From an uncultured cyanobacterium (GTDB lineage: Bacteria; Cyanobacteriota; Cyanobacteriia; Leptolyngbyales; Leptolyngbyaceae), in assembly GCA_963766075.1 (NCBI GenBank), contig CAVYAN010000010.1, positions 45,611 to 109,610 of the forward strand: 64,000 nt of DNA, given 5' to 3'. Both the position numbers and the translations under genes were made by a program. The notes below the pieces were generated by a model. The model had not been told where the DNA came from. It worked only from the letters and a program-made list of their open reading frames with translations, and did no database searches. Positions 21,844 through 32,955 of the stretch are shown here, in pieces; positions within the stretch are counted from its first letter, which is position 1, and each line of letters begins with the position of its first letter.

Positions 21844-23481
21844 CTAGAAATTGAAGTTGGTGCGAATCACCCCAATGAACACCGTATCATTGCTATTGTT
21901 ATGGTCGGGATTGGTAATCACGACTAAACCGGGCGTAATGGCAATGTGATCATTGATTTGGTGCTTATAGAACGCATCCACCATGAAAGAGGTGTCGTTG
22001 TCTTTAAAAAGACCGACATCGTTGCTGGTCACTTTAGAAGGCATTCCCAAAGTAATGCCGCCCAAGTTGCCTTTTTTGAACAAGTCGGGAAAGGCGAGAG
22101 CGACAGCCCAGGATTGCACGGTCGCATCGGCACCCTTGGTCACCCCGGACTCAGAGTTTGTGTCCGCTAGATAGTACCAGCCACTGAGGATGAATTGCGG
22201 GCTGAAGGCGTATTGGGCTTCAACGCCATAGCCATGGGTTGTTGCCGCATCTGTCCCAAAGGGCTGCGCCGCATTTCGGCTGCCAAAGAATCCACCTGCA
22301 GGAGCATTAATATTCCCATCATCGTAGGCATTGAGGTACGTGAGGGCGATCGCGGCCTTAGAAGTCGGGCGGAATGTGATTTGCGCCAAGGCTCCGTAGG
22401 GACCATCAAACAATCCTTGTTTAGGACTGGGATTGTTGGCTGTGGGCGTTCCAGCTAGATAACCCCCACCGATATTAATCGTGTCACTGAGGTTGTAATT
22501 AAAGCCTGCTCCCGAAAAGCCACTGGGAAAGTAAATGGGACTCCGTAATGCGAAACCGGTTAGGACGGTATCGTAGTCCCCATCCAGCGGGTGCAATGTC
22601 GGGACAAATAAATCCAAGAAGCCGTGGGCTTCTAAGAAAAAGGTGCCGCGATCGCCCAACGGGAAACGATACTCCAGTTGGTTGATTTTCACCGCATTGC
22701 CGCCGCCATCCTGGAACGCCAAATTCGCCATTCGAGTGCCTGTAGCATCCGCAAAGCTTGGCGTATTCCCCGCCTGCAACCGCATGATCAGCTTATCTTT
22801 GCCCGTAAAACTGCTGGTCAGAATTAGCCGGACCCGATCCGAGAAAATAGTGCCATCAGCCAGATCTGCGCCGGACCCATCGGCCTTTTTATTAGCCCCA
22901 AAGGCATTGACCAAGGTGAACAACGCATGGCCTGTGAGCTTGGTGGTGGTTGAGAATTGCTGCTTTTCCAAGGTCGCAGTGCGTGCTTCCAAGGCATCGA
23001 CCCGCCCGCGCAGGGTAGCCAGTTCAGCGGCAAACTCTTCTTGCAACTTCTTCAGGGTTTCCAGATCTTCCTTTTTGACCAGATCAGCAGTGGCGGCCCC
23101 AATCAATTCATTCACCCGATCCATGCAAGCATTCAAACCGGCGGCAAACTCATAACGGGTCATGGCGCGATTGCCCCGGAAGGTCTTGTCGGGGTAACCC
23201 ACAATGCAGCCATACCGCTCCACGAGGGACTGCAATGCCTGAAAGGCCCAATCCGTCGGTTTAACATCCGAAAGCTGGGAGACAGATGTCACCTGGTCTT
23301 GAATAGTAGTCTGGAACGCCGTATTTTCTAGGGCATAGGCATTCACCTGCTGCAATGAAGCCGTTGAATTGTCAACGGAAACAGCTTCCGCCGCTCGGGC
23401 CGCCTGGGCAGACAACAAGAGCAGTCCCAAAACCACAGAACTCTTTCCCAAGAGAGTTTTGAATAACGTCACCATGTTCAA
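21844..23481 (-). CDS. Cyanobacterial SLH-domain OprB-type outer-membrane porin
   Basis: QVTSVSQLSDVKPTDWAFQALQSLVERYGC, QFSTTTKL, C-terminal IRTNFNF. Confidence 0.92.
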   Translation of the reverse strand: MNMVTLFKTLLGKSSVVLGLLLLSAQAARAAEAVSVDNSTASLQQVNAYALENTAFQTTIQDQVTSVSQLSDVKPTDWAFQALQSLVERYGCIVGYPDKTFRGNRAMTRYEFAAGLNACMDRVNELIGAATADLVKKEDLETLKKLQEEFAAELATLRGRVDALEARTATLEKQQFSTTTKLTGHALFTLVNAFGANKKADGSGADLADGTIFSDRVRLILTSSFTGKDKLIMRLQAGNTPSFADATGTRMANLAFQDGGGNAVKINQLEYRFPLGDRGTFFLEAHGFLDLFVPTLHPLDGDYDTVLTGFALRSPIYFPSGFSGAGFNYNLSDTINIGGGYLAGTPTANNPSPKQGLFDGPYGALAQITFRPTSKAAIALTYLNAYDDGNINAPAGGFFGSRNAAQPFGTDAATTHGYGVEAQYAFSPQFILSGWYYLADTNSESGVTKGADATVQSWAVALAFPDLFKKGNLGGITLGMPSKVTSNDVGLFKDNDTSFMVDAFYKHQINDHIAITPGLVVITNPDHNNSNDTVFIGVIRTNFNF

Positions 23482-23769
23482 CTCCTTTCACCAATGTATT
23501 ACGAAATAACAGCCAAGAAATGACCGCCACAAAATGACAGCCACGAAACAACACCGATGGGCAACCCAATACTCCAACCCACAAAACATTGAAGGTGAAG
23601 CGATCGAGAAACTTGATGGTGAAGACTTTTTCTGCGCAGATCTGAAACTCAAGAAGAAAGCAATCTATGAAATTAGGCAAGGGCGCGATCGCCACAGTGC
23701 CGCCATCACCCTCTTCCGCATCAGAGATCTACTGGCGCATTGCGCCGCCGAAAACAACCACCGCAGGGC

Positions 23770-25071
23770 TTAAGCCGCAACAAACTCATTCCACTTCTGC
23801 ACCAAATAGGTTTGCTCCTTCATCACCGAGTTCCAACACACAATGTTGGCAAAACGATCTTTAAAGGAACCCCCGTCGCGCACCGCACCCTTGGCTTCAA
23901 TCTTCTTGCCAAAAGGATCAATGATATCAATCGCTGCCGGTTTGCCCTCGTACCAAAAATCCCATTCCTCGGGTTTCATGAACTTTTGGGCCGTTTCCGG
24001 TGCAGCGCTATAGTAGCCCTGGCGACCCAAGAATGCCCCCATCCAGCCATCCAACATCCAGTTGAGATACTCATAGGCGGCATCTAGAGCAACACCCTCT
24101 AGATTTCTCGACACCCCGATACCCCCGCCCCAACCGCGATATCCTTCTTTGAGGGGAGCATAGGTACATTTAATCCCACGGGCTTTAACGGCAGTGACTG
24201 CTGGCGACCACATGGATTGTAGCACCACCTCCCCAGAGGCCATCAGGTTAACGGACTCATCAAAGTTTTTCCAAAAGGCCCGGAACTGTCCATCCTTCTT
24301 GAGCTTGATGAGCATGTCGGTGACTTTGTCCAGTTCTTCTTTGGTCATGTTGCCTTTATCACCAAACTTCATCAGTCCAGCGGCTTCCAGCACCATTGCG
24401 GCATCCATAATCCCGATGGACGGAATGTCCAGAAGTGCCGTTTTGCCTTTGTATTTGGGATCGAGCAATTCGGCCCAGGATTCAATTTTCTTACCGGTGA
24501 GGTCGGGCCGGTAGCCCAAGGTATCGGCATTGTATTGAAATGGAATCAACGTCGCCCAATCTGTTGGCGTGGGGGAAAACTCCTTAGAGTCTTTGTCTTT
24601 GACGTACATGACTCGGAAGGGCGCTGTGCCCTGGGAATCGTTCACCTTCGCGCCTTCGCCAAACTTACCGGACGTGAAGTAGGGAACAATTTTATCCCAG
24701 TTTTTGATTTTCTTCACTTCAATGGGCTGGAGATTGCCTGATGGATAAACCAGGGGCAAGCTGAAATATTCCCCATCAAAGATGTCGTACTGCTTGGGCT
24801 GAGTAATGGCGATCTGATTATTTTCTTCTGTTCCCAAGGCCCGCAACTGGATCTTAATGCCCAAATCCTGCTCGGCCTGCGCTTTAATTTCCTTACTCTG
24901 AGCGGCTCCTGTGCCAATAAACCGCAGGGTAACATCCTTAACGGAATTGGTAATCACGCCTGGGGAAGCTCCAGGCGCGACTTCTTTCTTCGGGCTACAG
25001 CTAGCGGTGACCACCATGGCTCCAGCAGCTAGTCCGGTTCTAACAAATTGACGACGACTAAACTTTGACAT
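23770..25071 (-). CDS. ABC importer substrate-binding lipoprotein (PotD/F-like), Tat signal
   Basis: SRRQF, lipobox TASC, YNADTLG, QSMWSPA. Confidence 0.85.
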   Translation of the reverse strand: MSKFSRRQFVRTGLAAGAMVVTASCSPKKEVAPGASPGVITNSVKDVTLRFIGTGAAQSKEIKAQAEQDLGIKIQLRALGTEENNQIAITQPKQYDIFDGEYFSLPLVYPSGNLQPIEVKKIKNWDKIVPYFTSGKFGEGAKVNDSQGTAPFRVMYVKDKDSKEFSPTPTDWATLIPFQYNADTLGYRPDLTGKKIESWAELLDPKYKGKTALLDIPSIGIMDAAMVLEAAGLMKFGDKGNMTKEELDKVTDMLIKLKKDGQFRAFWKNFDESVNLMASGEVVLQSMWSPAVTAVKARGIKCTYAPLKEGYRGWGGGIGVSRNLEGVALDAAYEYLNWMLDGWMGAFLGRQGYYSAAPETAQKFMKPEEWDFWYEGKPAAIDIIDPFGKKIEAKGAVRDGGSFKDRFANIVCWNSVMKEQTYLVQKWNEFVAA

Positions 25072-25240
25072 TGCGATTAAGTCTCACAAAACACAATAGA
25101 GATCATGAAAAAACGTGCGAAAAAACCAGCGAAGCAAATGAATGTGTGAGAAGACAGGCTGTGTGGAAGGTAAGCTGTGTCAGCAAACCGCCACGGAATG
25201 CGGTAGTACGCAGGAGGACACTACCCAGAATGCGCTTCTT

Positions 25241-26440
25241 CTAATGGGGAAGAAAAACGCAATCATCTTTTGACCAACTGAGGACCACCAACTGCCCCTC
25301 GCTCAGCGAATTACTGTTCCAGTCATTCGTGCGAGCTTTGTAGAGCATTTCTTGCCCAGTGGCCTCAGCCATGAGCGAGACACGCGTCACATATCCGGTC
25401 ATTTCTACAGCAGTAATTCGAGCAACGACCTGATTGCCCGCCAATGTAGACTTGACAGGCATATCCGGATTGTAAACCTCGATATGCAACAGATCAGGGC
25501 GGACGGAACAGGCCGCCTCTGTACCTATGGGGCTAGAGTAGCCGCGACAGTAAAGAGCCCCGAAACCCTCCACTTCTAGTTGAATAACATCCAGCTCTGA
25601 GTCACTGATGACGTTTTTCACTTTGCCGGTGAAGATATTATTATCGCCCATGAATTTGGCAACAAATTGAGAACCTGGGCGGTCATATAACTCGTCGGGA
25701 GTGGCGACTTGATCAAGGCGACCATGGGTCATCACGACTACCATGTCGGACAGTGAAAAGGCTTCTTCCACATGGTGCGTGACTTGAATGAAGGTCAAGC
25801 CAAATTGCTTTTGGATCTTGCGGAGTTCGGTGCGCATGCGTACACGCAGATTTTCATCCAAGGCACTGAGTGGCTCGTCCAGCATCAGCACTTGGGGCCG
25901 GGTGACTAAAGCACGGGCTAGGGCAATCCGCTGCTGCTGCCCGCCACTCAGTTGGGTCGGCTTGCGATCGGCAGTATGGCTCAGGCCAATCATTTCTAGG
26001 ATCTCGCCCACGCGGACTCGTCGTTCGGCCTCGGGAACATGGCGCATTTTCAGCCCAAACTCAATGTTTTGCCAAATTGTTTTGTGGGGAAATAGCGCAT
26101 AGCTCTGAAACATCATGGACGTGTTGCGTTTAGCCGCAGGCAAGTCGTTGACACGCTTGTCGCCAATCAGGATATCGCCGCTCGTAATGTCTTCATGGCC
26201 TGCGATCATCCGGAGAACGGTGGTTTTTCCACAGCCACTGGGACCCAACAGGCAGCAGTATTTACCCGCTGGAATATCAAGGGTAATATTTTCAACGGCA
26301 ATGATAGAACCGTACTTTTTGCTGACAGACCGTAGAGATACTCCAGCGGCGGCTTGTGCCAAAGCTTTCTGGATATCGGTGGCAGAAGCGGGGGCAGTTC
26401 TGTTCGCTCCAACCGTTTTGATTTCGGTGTCAATTGTCAT
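25241..26440 (-). CDS. ABC importer ATPase (PotA-like) with TOBE domain
   Basis: GPSGCGKTT, FQSYALFPH, LSGGQQQR, LDEPLSALD. Confidence 0.92.
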   Translation of the reverse strand: MTIDTEIKTVGANRTAPASATDIQKALAQAAAGVSLRSVSKKYGSIIAVENITLDIPAGKYCCLLGPSGCGKTTVLRMIAGHEDITSGDILIGDKRVNDLPAAKRNTSMMFQSYALFPHKTIWQNIEFGLKMRHVPEAERRVRVGEILEMIGLSHTADRKPTQLSGGQQQRIALARALVTRPQVLMLDEPLSALDENLRVRMRTELRKIQKQFGLTFIQVTHHVEEAFSLSDMVVVMTHGRLDQVATPDELYDRPGSQFVAKFMGDNNIFTGKVKNVISDSELDVIQLEVEGFGALYCRGYSSPIGTEAACSVRPDLLHIEVYNPDMPVKSTLAGNQVVARITAVEMTGYVTRVSLMAEATGQEMLYKARTNDWNSNSLSEGQLVVLSWSKDDCVFLPH

Positions 26441-26682
26441 GATTACTCCTGCACGGAAAGGATGGATGTTGCGAAACCGAATGAACTCAGTGAAGACTGT
26501 GGAATAAACGCCCTACACACGAACGGTCTAAACTGTCTGGCAAACTACCTCGGGAGAGGCCCATTGAAAAAACGCCGGGGATTTTTCAGCAGGCTGCGAT
26601 TTCGCACTAATGCGTTAAATTGGCACGCATTGAATTTGATAATCAAGTATTAGACCCAAAGAAGTTCTAAAACTGGCATATC

Positions 26683-26774
26683 CGATACAATTCATCTATG
26701 CTGGGTTGTGGACGATAGTTGTATACAGAATTTGTACACGGCTTTCAGCCTCAAAAAAGTGTTTCTCGATACAA
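26683..26774. promoter_or_regulatory. Candidate GntR/FadR operator sites in the divergent promoter
   Basis: TTGTATACAG at 26719, TTGTACAC at 26732, CGATACAA at 26683 and 26767; these resemble TGTATACA-type GntR boxes. Confidence 0.5.
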
Positions 26775-27079
26775 TTTGATGATTTTGACTGGAGGTATGG
26801 AAATGGTTGGGCGGTGCCAAGGCGATCGCGCGGGGCGCGGAGGTCTGCAAACATTTTTGCAATGCTTGGTCGTTAATCGGGGATCGGAAAATCTGAAGCA
26901 GCCATATCAAGACTGGGATGACCACAATTTGGCAATCTTGGCGGCTAATATAGTGAGAGGGGAAAAGGGGAGCGTCAACGATCGCCAATTCCGCCCATGA
27001 TTGCCTAAGCGCTCCCTTGCTAAGTGCTCCCTTGCTAAGTGTCCTATTGCCAAACGTCCGGTCAAAGGTCAATTTATCT

Positions 27080-27844
27080 ATGACTTCTGCACAGCCGCTC
27101 ACTCCCTCTAAACTGGCGACATCTAAGCTGGCTTCGGCCAAATTGGCTTCATCCAAATCGAAGCCGACGGAAGAGGCGATCTACGCAGAACTCTATAATT
27201 CGATCCTAGAACGCAGGCTGCCACCGGAAACAAAGCTCGGTGAAAACCTTTTGGCAGAGCATTATGGCGTGAGTCGTACAATCATTCGGCAGGTGCTGCA
27301 ACGACTGGCGCACGATCGCCTCATCAAATTAGAAGCCAACCGGGGGGCGTTTGTCTCTAGTCTGTCGCTGGAAGAGTCCAAGCAAATTTATGAGGCGTGG
27401 CGGCTCACAGAAGCGGCGATTGTCCGAGACGTTACTAAAACGATTACCCGCAAACAGATTGCTGCTTTGAAAAAACTGGTGACCGAAGAGCGACAAGCCT
27501 GCGATGAACAAGACATTCATCGGCTAACGCGGCTATCGGCGCAGTTCCATATGCAGCTTGCGGACTTATGTCGGAATAAATTTCTCGGTCGGTTCTTGAA
27601 GGAATTGGTGCCCCAAACGTCCCTGGCGTTTTTTTATGAAGTGAAAAGCATGCCCATTTGCACCAAAGATGAGCACAGTGAGATCTTAGACTACATCGCA
27701 TCGGGAAATGAGGAAGCGGCGGTGGCGGCGGCGATGCGCCACTTGGACGGAATTGAGAAAGCCTTAAATGCGCGGGTGGCCATGAAAAAGCCCGCCAGTT
27801 TGGTTGATCTGCTCAATTCCAGAGTGCCCTCTCTATCCCCATGA
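27080..27844 (+). CDS. GntR-family (FCD) transcriptional regulator
   Basis: KLGENLLAEHYGVSRTIIRQVLQRL..NRGAFV HTH; FH..LA and EH FCD motifs. Confidence 0.92.
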   Translation: MTSAQPLTPSKLATSKLASAKLASSKSKPTEEAIYAELYNSILERRLPPETKLGENLLAEHYGVSRTIIRQVLQRLAHDRLIKLEANRGAFVSSLSLEESKQIYEAWRLTEAAIVRDVTKTITRKQIAALKKLVTEERQACDEQDIHRLTRLSAQFHMQLADLCRNKFLGRFLKELVPQTSLAFFYEVKSMPICTKDEHSEILDYIASGNEEAAVAAAMRHLDGIEKALNARVAMKKPASLVDLLNSRVPSLSP

Positions 27845-29166
27845 ATCGCTTTTCCTCCTTTGAGCTGCCAGTATTCCTGGGCCAATTTCTGCGGTTAACG
27901 CTGATCAACATCCTGGCGAATTTGATGGTGCCGTTATCAGGACTGCTGGATATGGCATTTCTGGGGCATCTTGCTGAAATTCACCATCTGGCCGGAGTCT
28001 CTCTGGCGATGGTGCTATTCAACTACCTCTATTGGTCCTTTGGATTTCTCCGGATGGGGACGACGGGCATGACGGCTCAAACAATGGGGCGGGGCGATCC
28101 GGAAGCGGCGCTGTTGATTGGCTTGCGCAATGGCCTCTTGGCGCTGTTGGTCGGGCTGGTGATTTTGGGATTGCAGGATCCTTTACGTGGGCTGGGGTTT
28201 GCCATTTTGAGTGCGACACCGGAGGTCAAGATGGCCGGTACAGCCTTCTACAACGCGTTAATTTGGGGCGCACCGGCAACGCTGGTTAATTTTGTGATTG
28301 TGGGCTGGTTCCTGGGGCGATCGCAGAGTGCCCACGTGTTAGTGCTGACAGCAGTGAGCAGTGGGGCCAATGTGCTGTTTGACTATGGGTTCATTGTGCA
28401 ATGGGGGTGGGCCAGTCGGGGGGCTGGATTGGCGACAACCGCCAGCCAATATTTGATGCTGCTGGTGGCGATCGTGCTGCTAAGTCTCGAGGTGCAACCC
28501 CACCAGATTCGAGCCGTTGCGGGTAAGCTGTGGGACCCATCCGCCTTGCGGGCCACGTTCAGTTTGAATGGTGAGATTCTCATTCGTACCTTTGCCTTGG
28601 TATCGACCTTGGCCCTTTTCACCACTCTGGGGGCGCGGTTGGGCACCGTTGTGTTGACTGTCAATGCCATGTTGATGCAGGCGGTGACTCTGGCGGCTTA
28701 CTTCATTGATGGATTGGCCTTTGCCACCGAAAGTCTAGCCGGACTCTTTCGAGGGCAGGGAACATCTAAGTCGTTGATTCAGTTGGTGCAGGTGGCGGGC
28801 TGTGGCAGTTTACTGTTGGGATTACTGTTTGCGATCGCATTTATTGGACAACCCGATGCCTTATTTAAGCTGCTGACCGATCACGTCGAAGTGCTGGATA
28901 ATCTCCATCAGTATGTGATTTGGTTGCTACCCGTTTTGGGATTTGGCTCGATTGCTTATATGTTGGATGGCTACTTTCTGGGTCTCACCGAGGGGCGCAT
29001 TTTGCGACAAGCCATGCTGCAAGCGGTGGTGATTGGGTTTGTCCCCGGTGCGATCGCCGCTTGGTATGTCCGGAGTAACCATGGTTTGTGGTGTGCCTTG
29101 GCCTCATTCATGGCGGCGCGGGCGATCGCCCTCAGTGTGCAAGTGCCCAAAACCTTGAAGCAATAG
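27841..29166 (+). CDS. MATE-family (DinF-like) efflux transporter
   Basis: NLMVPLSGLLD.AFLGHL, FGFLRMGTTG, DGLAFATE. Confidence 0.9.
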   Translation: MNRFSSFELPVFLGQFLRLTLINILANLMVPLSGLLDMAFLGHLAEIHHLAGVSLAMVLFNYLYWSFGFLRMGTTGMTAQTMGRGDPEAALLIGLRNGLLALLVGLVILGLQDPLRGLGFAILSATPEVKMAGTAFYNALIWGAPATLVNFVIVGWFLGRSQSAHVLVLTAVSSGANVLFDYGFIVQWGWASRGAGLATTASQYLMLLVAIVLLSLEVQPHQIRAVAGKLWDPSALRATFSLNGEILIRTFALVSTLALFTTLGARLGTVVLTVNAMLMQAVTLAAYFIDGLAFATESLAGLFRGQGTSKSLIQLVQVAGCGSLLLGLLFAIAFIGQPDALFKLLTDHVEVLDNLHQYVIWLLPVLGFGSIAYMLDGYFLGLTEGRILRQAMLQAVVIGFVPGAIAAWYVRSNHGLWCALASFMAARAIALSVQVPKTLKQ

Positions 29167-29427
29167 AAACAAAAAACAATGGCAACACAAGTCCATTGGA
29201 GGGCGGCAACGCAATCGGTGGGATGATCCAGGGGTCAGATCTAAACTTTTTAGATCCAAGTCTTTCTTTTTAGATCCAAATCTTTTTAGAGGATGTGTTC
29301 CTGCCAACATTCGGTTGATAAACCACTGGCGGTATACTCTCGGATATTAAATCCGGCAGGTCGATGGGCTTACCGCGTTTTTTGGCACTTGCCAGAAGTC
29401 AAAGTCGTATCTGCTACCTTTTCAATC

Positions 29428-29979
29428 ATGGGAGCGTCAGTGTTGCTTGAGATCATCCAGATTGTCATTGTTCAGTTTGGGGTTGCTGGGTTGCTCTTGT
29501 TTCTGGGTGACTTGATTTCTACGTTTCTATATCATGTTCCAGAGCATGTATTTGGTAAATTGCATTTAAAAACTCACCATGCGGCCCAAAAAACCTTCAG
29601 CCACTATGCGGTGCTTTTTCTTGACGCCCAAGTATTGTTGGATGGTTTGCTAGGGGCTTTGTCCTATTTGCTGATGGCGGTGATGTTGTGGCAATACTCC
29701 CCGATCGGGGTGGGGGTGGGGCTACTGTTGGGGCAGGGGCATGTGTGGTGGCGGCACACCAGTGCTTTGGGTTGGCGAACGCCGGGACTGATTGTGGGTT
29801 TCTGTCGCGTGCTTGGCATTACGACACCGGAACAGCATTGGGTTCATCATCAGAAGGTCACGCATGGATTTGGTGATATTTTCACCTGTTTTGACTATCC
29901 GGCTAGGGTCTGGTTGCGCTGGCTGAGATGGCTTAGGGTACATGTGCGATCGCGCAATACTCATTTCACCATCGGTTGA
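29428..29979 (+). CDS. Sterol desaturase/fatty-acid hydroxylase-like His-box membrane protein
   Basis: HVPEH, HLKTHH, HVWWRH and HWVHH boxes; start codon uncertain. Confidence 0.65.
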   Translation: MGASVLLEIIQIVIVQFGVAGLLLFLGDLISTFLYHVPEHVFGKLHLKTHHAAQKTFSHYAVLFLDAQVLLDGLLGALSYLLMAVMLWQYSPIGVGVGLLLGQGHVWWRHTSALGWRTPGLIVGFCRVLGITTPEQHWVHHQKVTHGFGDIFTCFDYPARVWLRWLRWLRVHVRSRNTHFTIG

Positions 29980-30652
29980 GCATGATGGGCGGCCCTACAC
30001 TCCAAGCAATTTCTTATTTGGCTCCTAACTGGTTTGAGTTTTACAAAGCGGTAACGCTGGCGCTGGCGAGATCGCTTGATGTGGAAATTCAACTTCAGCA
30101 AGGAGCGTGCGACCCCTTGGCGGATCCCTGGCTGGTACAGCATCGCCTGGATTTGGCTTTCATTTGTGGGTTGCCCTGGATTCGCCATAATCACGTGGCT
30201 CCAGATGCTTTGCAGGTATTAGCGGCCCCGGTCATGCAAGCAGCCCGGTATGGCGATCGACCGATCTATTTTGCGGATGTGATTGTGAATGCAGACAGTG
30301 ATATTGATAGCTTTGAAGATTTGTCCGGTCGATCCTTTGGCTACAACGATCTGGGATCCAACAGTGGTTATAATCTGGTGCGTTGGTACTTACTGAGTCA
30401 GGGCTATCCCGTGGATTTTTGGGGGGATTGTGTATTATCTGGATCGCATCAACAATCGTTGGCGTGGGTGCTGGAGGGCCGAGTAGACTGGGCAGCCCTT
30501 GATAGCACCGTGCTGGAAATGGCGTTAGAACAGCATCCAGAATGGGGCAATCGTGTGAAGGTGATTGCAGAGATCGGGCCTGCGCCCATGCCGCCCATTG
30601 TGGCCGCTACGCATCTGGGAGCGGCCAGGATTCAGCAACTGCGATCGGCGCT
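29976..30652 (+). pseudogene. PhnD-like phosphate/phosphonate-binding protein, 3' end cut by an IS
   Basis: AFICGLP, SNSGY, SGSH, DWAALDS, GPAPMPP; the frame runs into the IS terminal repeat at 30653. Confidence 0.75.
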
Positions 30653-31963
30653 AGGCGATTTCCATAAAAGAGACTACCGAGTTGAGTAGAATGGTTCTAT
30701 TGTTTCAATAAGCCACTGCCGTGAGTATGGACGCTTCCGAGGAAACATCATTGCCCCGCTCTCAAATTGAAGATCTGCGTCTGGCTGCATCAAAAATGAA
30801 TCTGGTGGATCGCCGGAGCTTCCAAGCGGAGATGACTTTGAAATACTGTGCGGGTAAAGCCCGTTTGGCCGAATCACGATTTGGCTGGGGCCGGGAAAGC
30901 GTGGAACTCGGACTGGCCGAGCGGCGGACGGGCCTGGTCTGTATCGGTGCTCAATCCGGGTACTCGGGGGCAAAACGGTGGGAAGACAAAAATCCGGCAG
31001 CGGCGGCGACGTTACGAGTGATTGCCGAAGCGCAATCGCAACAAGAACCGACATTTCACAGTTCGATTGCGTATACACGATTAACCACAAAATCGGCGCT
31101 GAAGGCGCTCCAGGATGCTGGGATTGAGGCATCGATTTTACCGTCCGAGAATGGCATGGGATTAATTCTGCATCGGTTGGGTTACCGATTACGCAAAGTC
31201 GTTAAAGCCAAGCCAAAAAAAAGTGCCTGAAACCGATGCGATTTTCGAGAATATCAGAACGAAAGACCAGACGGTCAAAATTGGTGTGGTCAAACGCTTA
31301 AGTATGGATTGCAAAGCGACCGTTAATCTCGGGGAGTTTGCACGCGGTGGCCAAACTCGCGGACCAAATCAGGCTCTGGATCATGATTTTAGTCCCGTCG
31401 GTAAATCAATTCCCTGTGGAATTTTGGACGAAGACAGCGGTCAACTTTATCTTCACTTTGGCAATTCTGCTAAGACCAGTGATTTTATGGTCGATAATTT
31501 ACAGGCTTGGTGGAATGGCTTACCCGTCTCGGTGCAAGCGGTGATGCAATTACTCCAATTAAAAATTGATAATGGACCAGAGAGTAGCGGGGTTCGGACT
31601 CAATTCCTGAAACGGATGGTCGCCTTTGCCGACACCATCGGTAAGCCAATTCAGCTCTTGTACTATCCGCCTTATCATAGTAAGTATAATCCCATCGAGC
31701 GGTGCTGGGGGATTCTCGAACAACACTGGAATGGGACATTGCTGCGGGCTCTGCAAACCCTATTAGCATGGGCGAAAAGCATGACCTGGAAGGGGATTCA
31801 CCCGATTGTTCAGTTAAACAATCAGATTTATGAAAAGGGCATTTCACTCTCCAAACAGGCGATGCGTGAAGTTGAATACAGGCTGGAACGCAATCCCGAA
31901 CTACCCAAATGGGACATTTTGATTCAACCAGCTAATCGGTAGGCTTATTCTTGGGAATCGCCT
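30653..31963 (+). mobile_element. ISAzo13-family IS; transposase split into 30721-31230 and 31223-31942 at an A-run
   Basis: Imperfect IRs aggcgatttcca and tgggaatcgcct; LSMDCKA, IDNGPE, YYPPYHSKYNPIERCW motifs. Confidence 0.88.
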
Positions 31964-32020
31964 TAAGCCAACCCCAAGTGCGTTCGACAACCCAACGTTT
32001 CGGCAGCAAGACAAAGCGGC
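31964..32020 (-). pseudogene. IS5-family transposase fragment
   Basis: Minus strand reads RRFVLLPKRWVVERTWGWL. Confidence 0.75.
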
Positions 32021-32821
32021 GTTGCATAATAGGGGTATGAATTAGGGTGAATTAGCATGGAATGTCCTGAGTGCAACTCAACCCATGTCTGTAAAAATGG
32101 AATCAAGAAAGGTAAACAAAATCACATTTGCGTCGATTGTGGTCGGCAATTTATTGATGTTTATGCCCCGCCCCGCGGCTACAGTGACGCGATGAAACGG
32201 GAATGTCTCACGATGTATGTCAACGGCATGGGGTTTCGGGAGATCGAGCGGGTCAAAGGGGTGCATCATACCACCGTGATGACTTGGGTCAGACAAGTTG
32301 GCGAACGCCTGCCGAATGCTTACGCCCCTGACAAAATTCCTCAAGTGGGTGAATTGGATGAATTGGAAACCTTTATTGGTCAAAAAAACAAAATCTGGAT
32401 CTGGACAGCCGTTGACCACTTCAGCCAAGGCATTTTAGGGTGGGTTTTAGGCGACCACAGCGCCGAAACGTTCCGGCCGTTATGGGCCATTGTGGCCACT
32501 TGGCAGTGCTATTTCTACGTCACGGATGGGTGGTCAGTCTATCCCGGCTTCATTCCGGACGGTGACCAAATTATTTGCAAGACCTACATGACTCGCGTGG
32601 AAGGCGAAAATACGCGATTACGGCATGATCTAGCCCGCTTACATCGCAAGACCCTCTGTTATTCCAAGTCAGCATTTCCTCTGATTTGGAATAACAAAGT
32701 GTCTTGCGATGCAGTCGCGCCAAGTAGTGTCGCAACCGAGTGTTTTCACCTTCTACCCGTGTCATGTAAGTCTTGCTAACAATCTGGTCGCCGTCTGGAA
32801 TAAATCCTGGATAGACTGACC
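32018..32821 (+). mobile_element. IS1-family element fused tail-to-tail with an inverted fragment of a related IS1
   Basis: Zn ribbon MECPECNS..CVDCGRQF, ELDELETF, TDGW, EGENTRLRH; the same C-terminal peptide is encoded on the minus strand at ~32672-32821. Confidence 0.85.
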
Positions 32822-32955
32822 TTCACGGGCCAGTTGTTCAATCTCTTGAGGTGTCATGGTTGTACTTCCAAATTGGGTGTGACGAGTGAGTGAATGCAGC
32901 AAACGGGAAGAGCGAGTTATCTCCGGGAGAGGATTCTGATCGCTAAAGTTGGCCG

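Noticed and set aside
26715..26745. NtcA box in the ABC/GntR promoter
   Set aside because: GTA and TAC are not at the GTA-N8-TAC spacing
26692..27156. ORFs 26692-27156 (-) and 26719-27000 (+)
   Set aside because: They cover the divergent promoter and short repeats; no recognisable protein features
27841..29166. Toxin-cluster exporter interpretation of the MATE gene
   Set aside because: No biosynthetic genes nearby; a generic DinF-like MATE is sufficient
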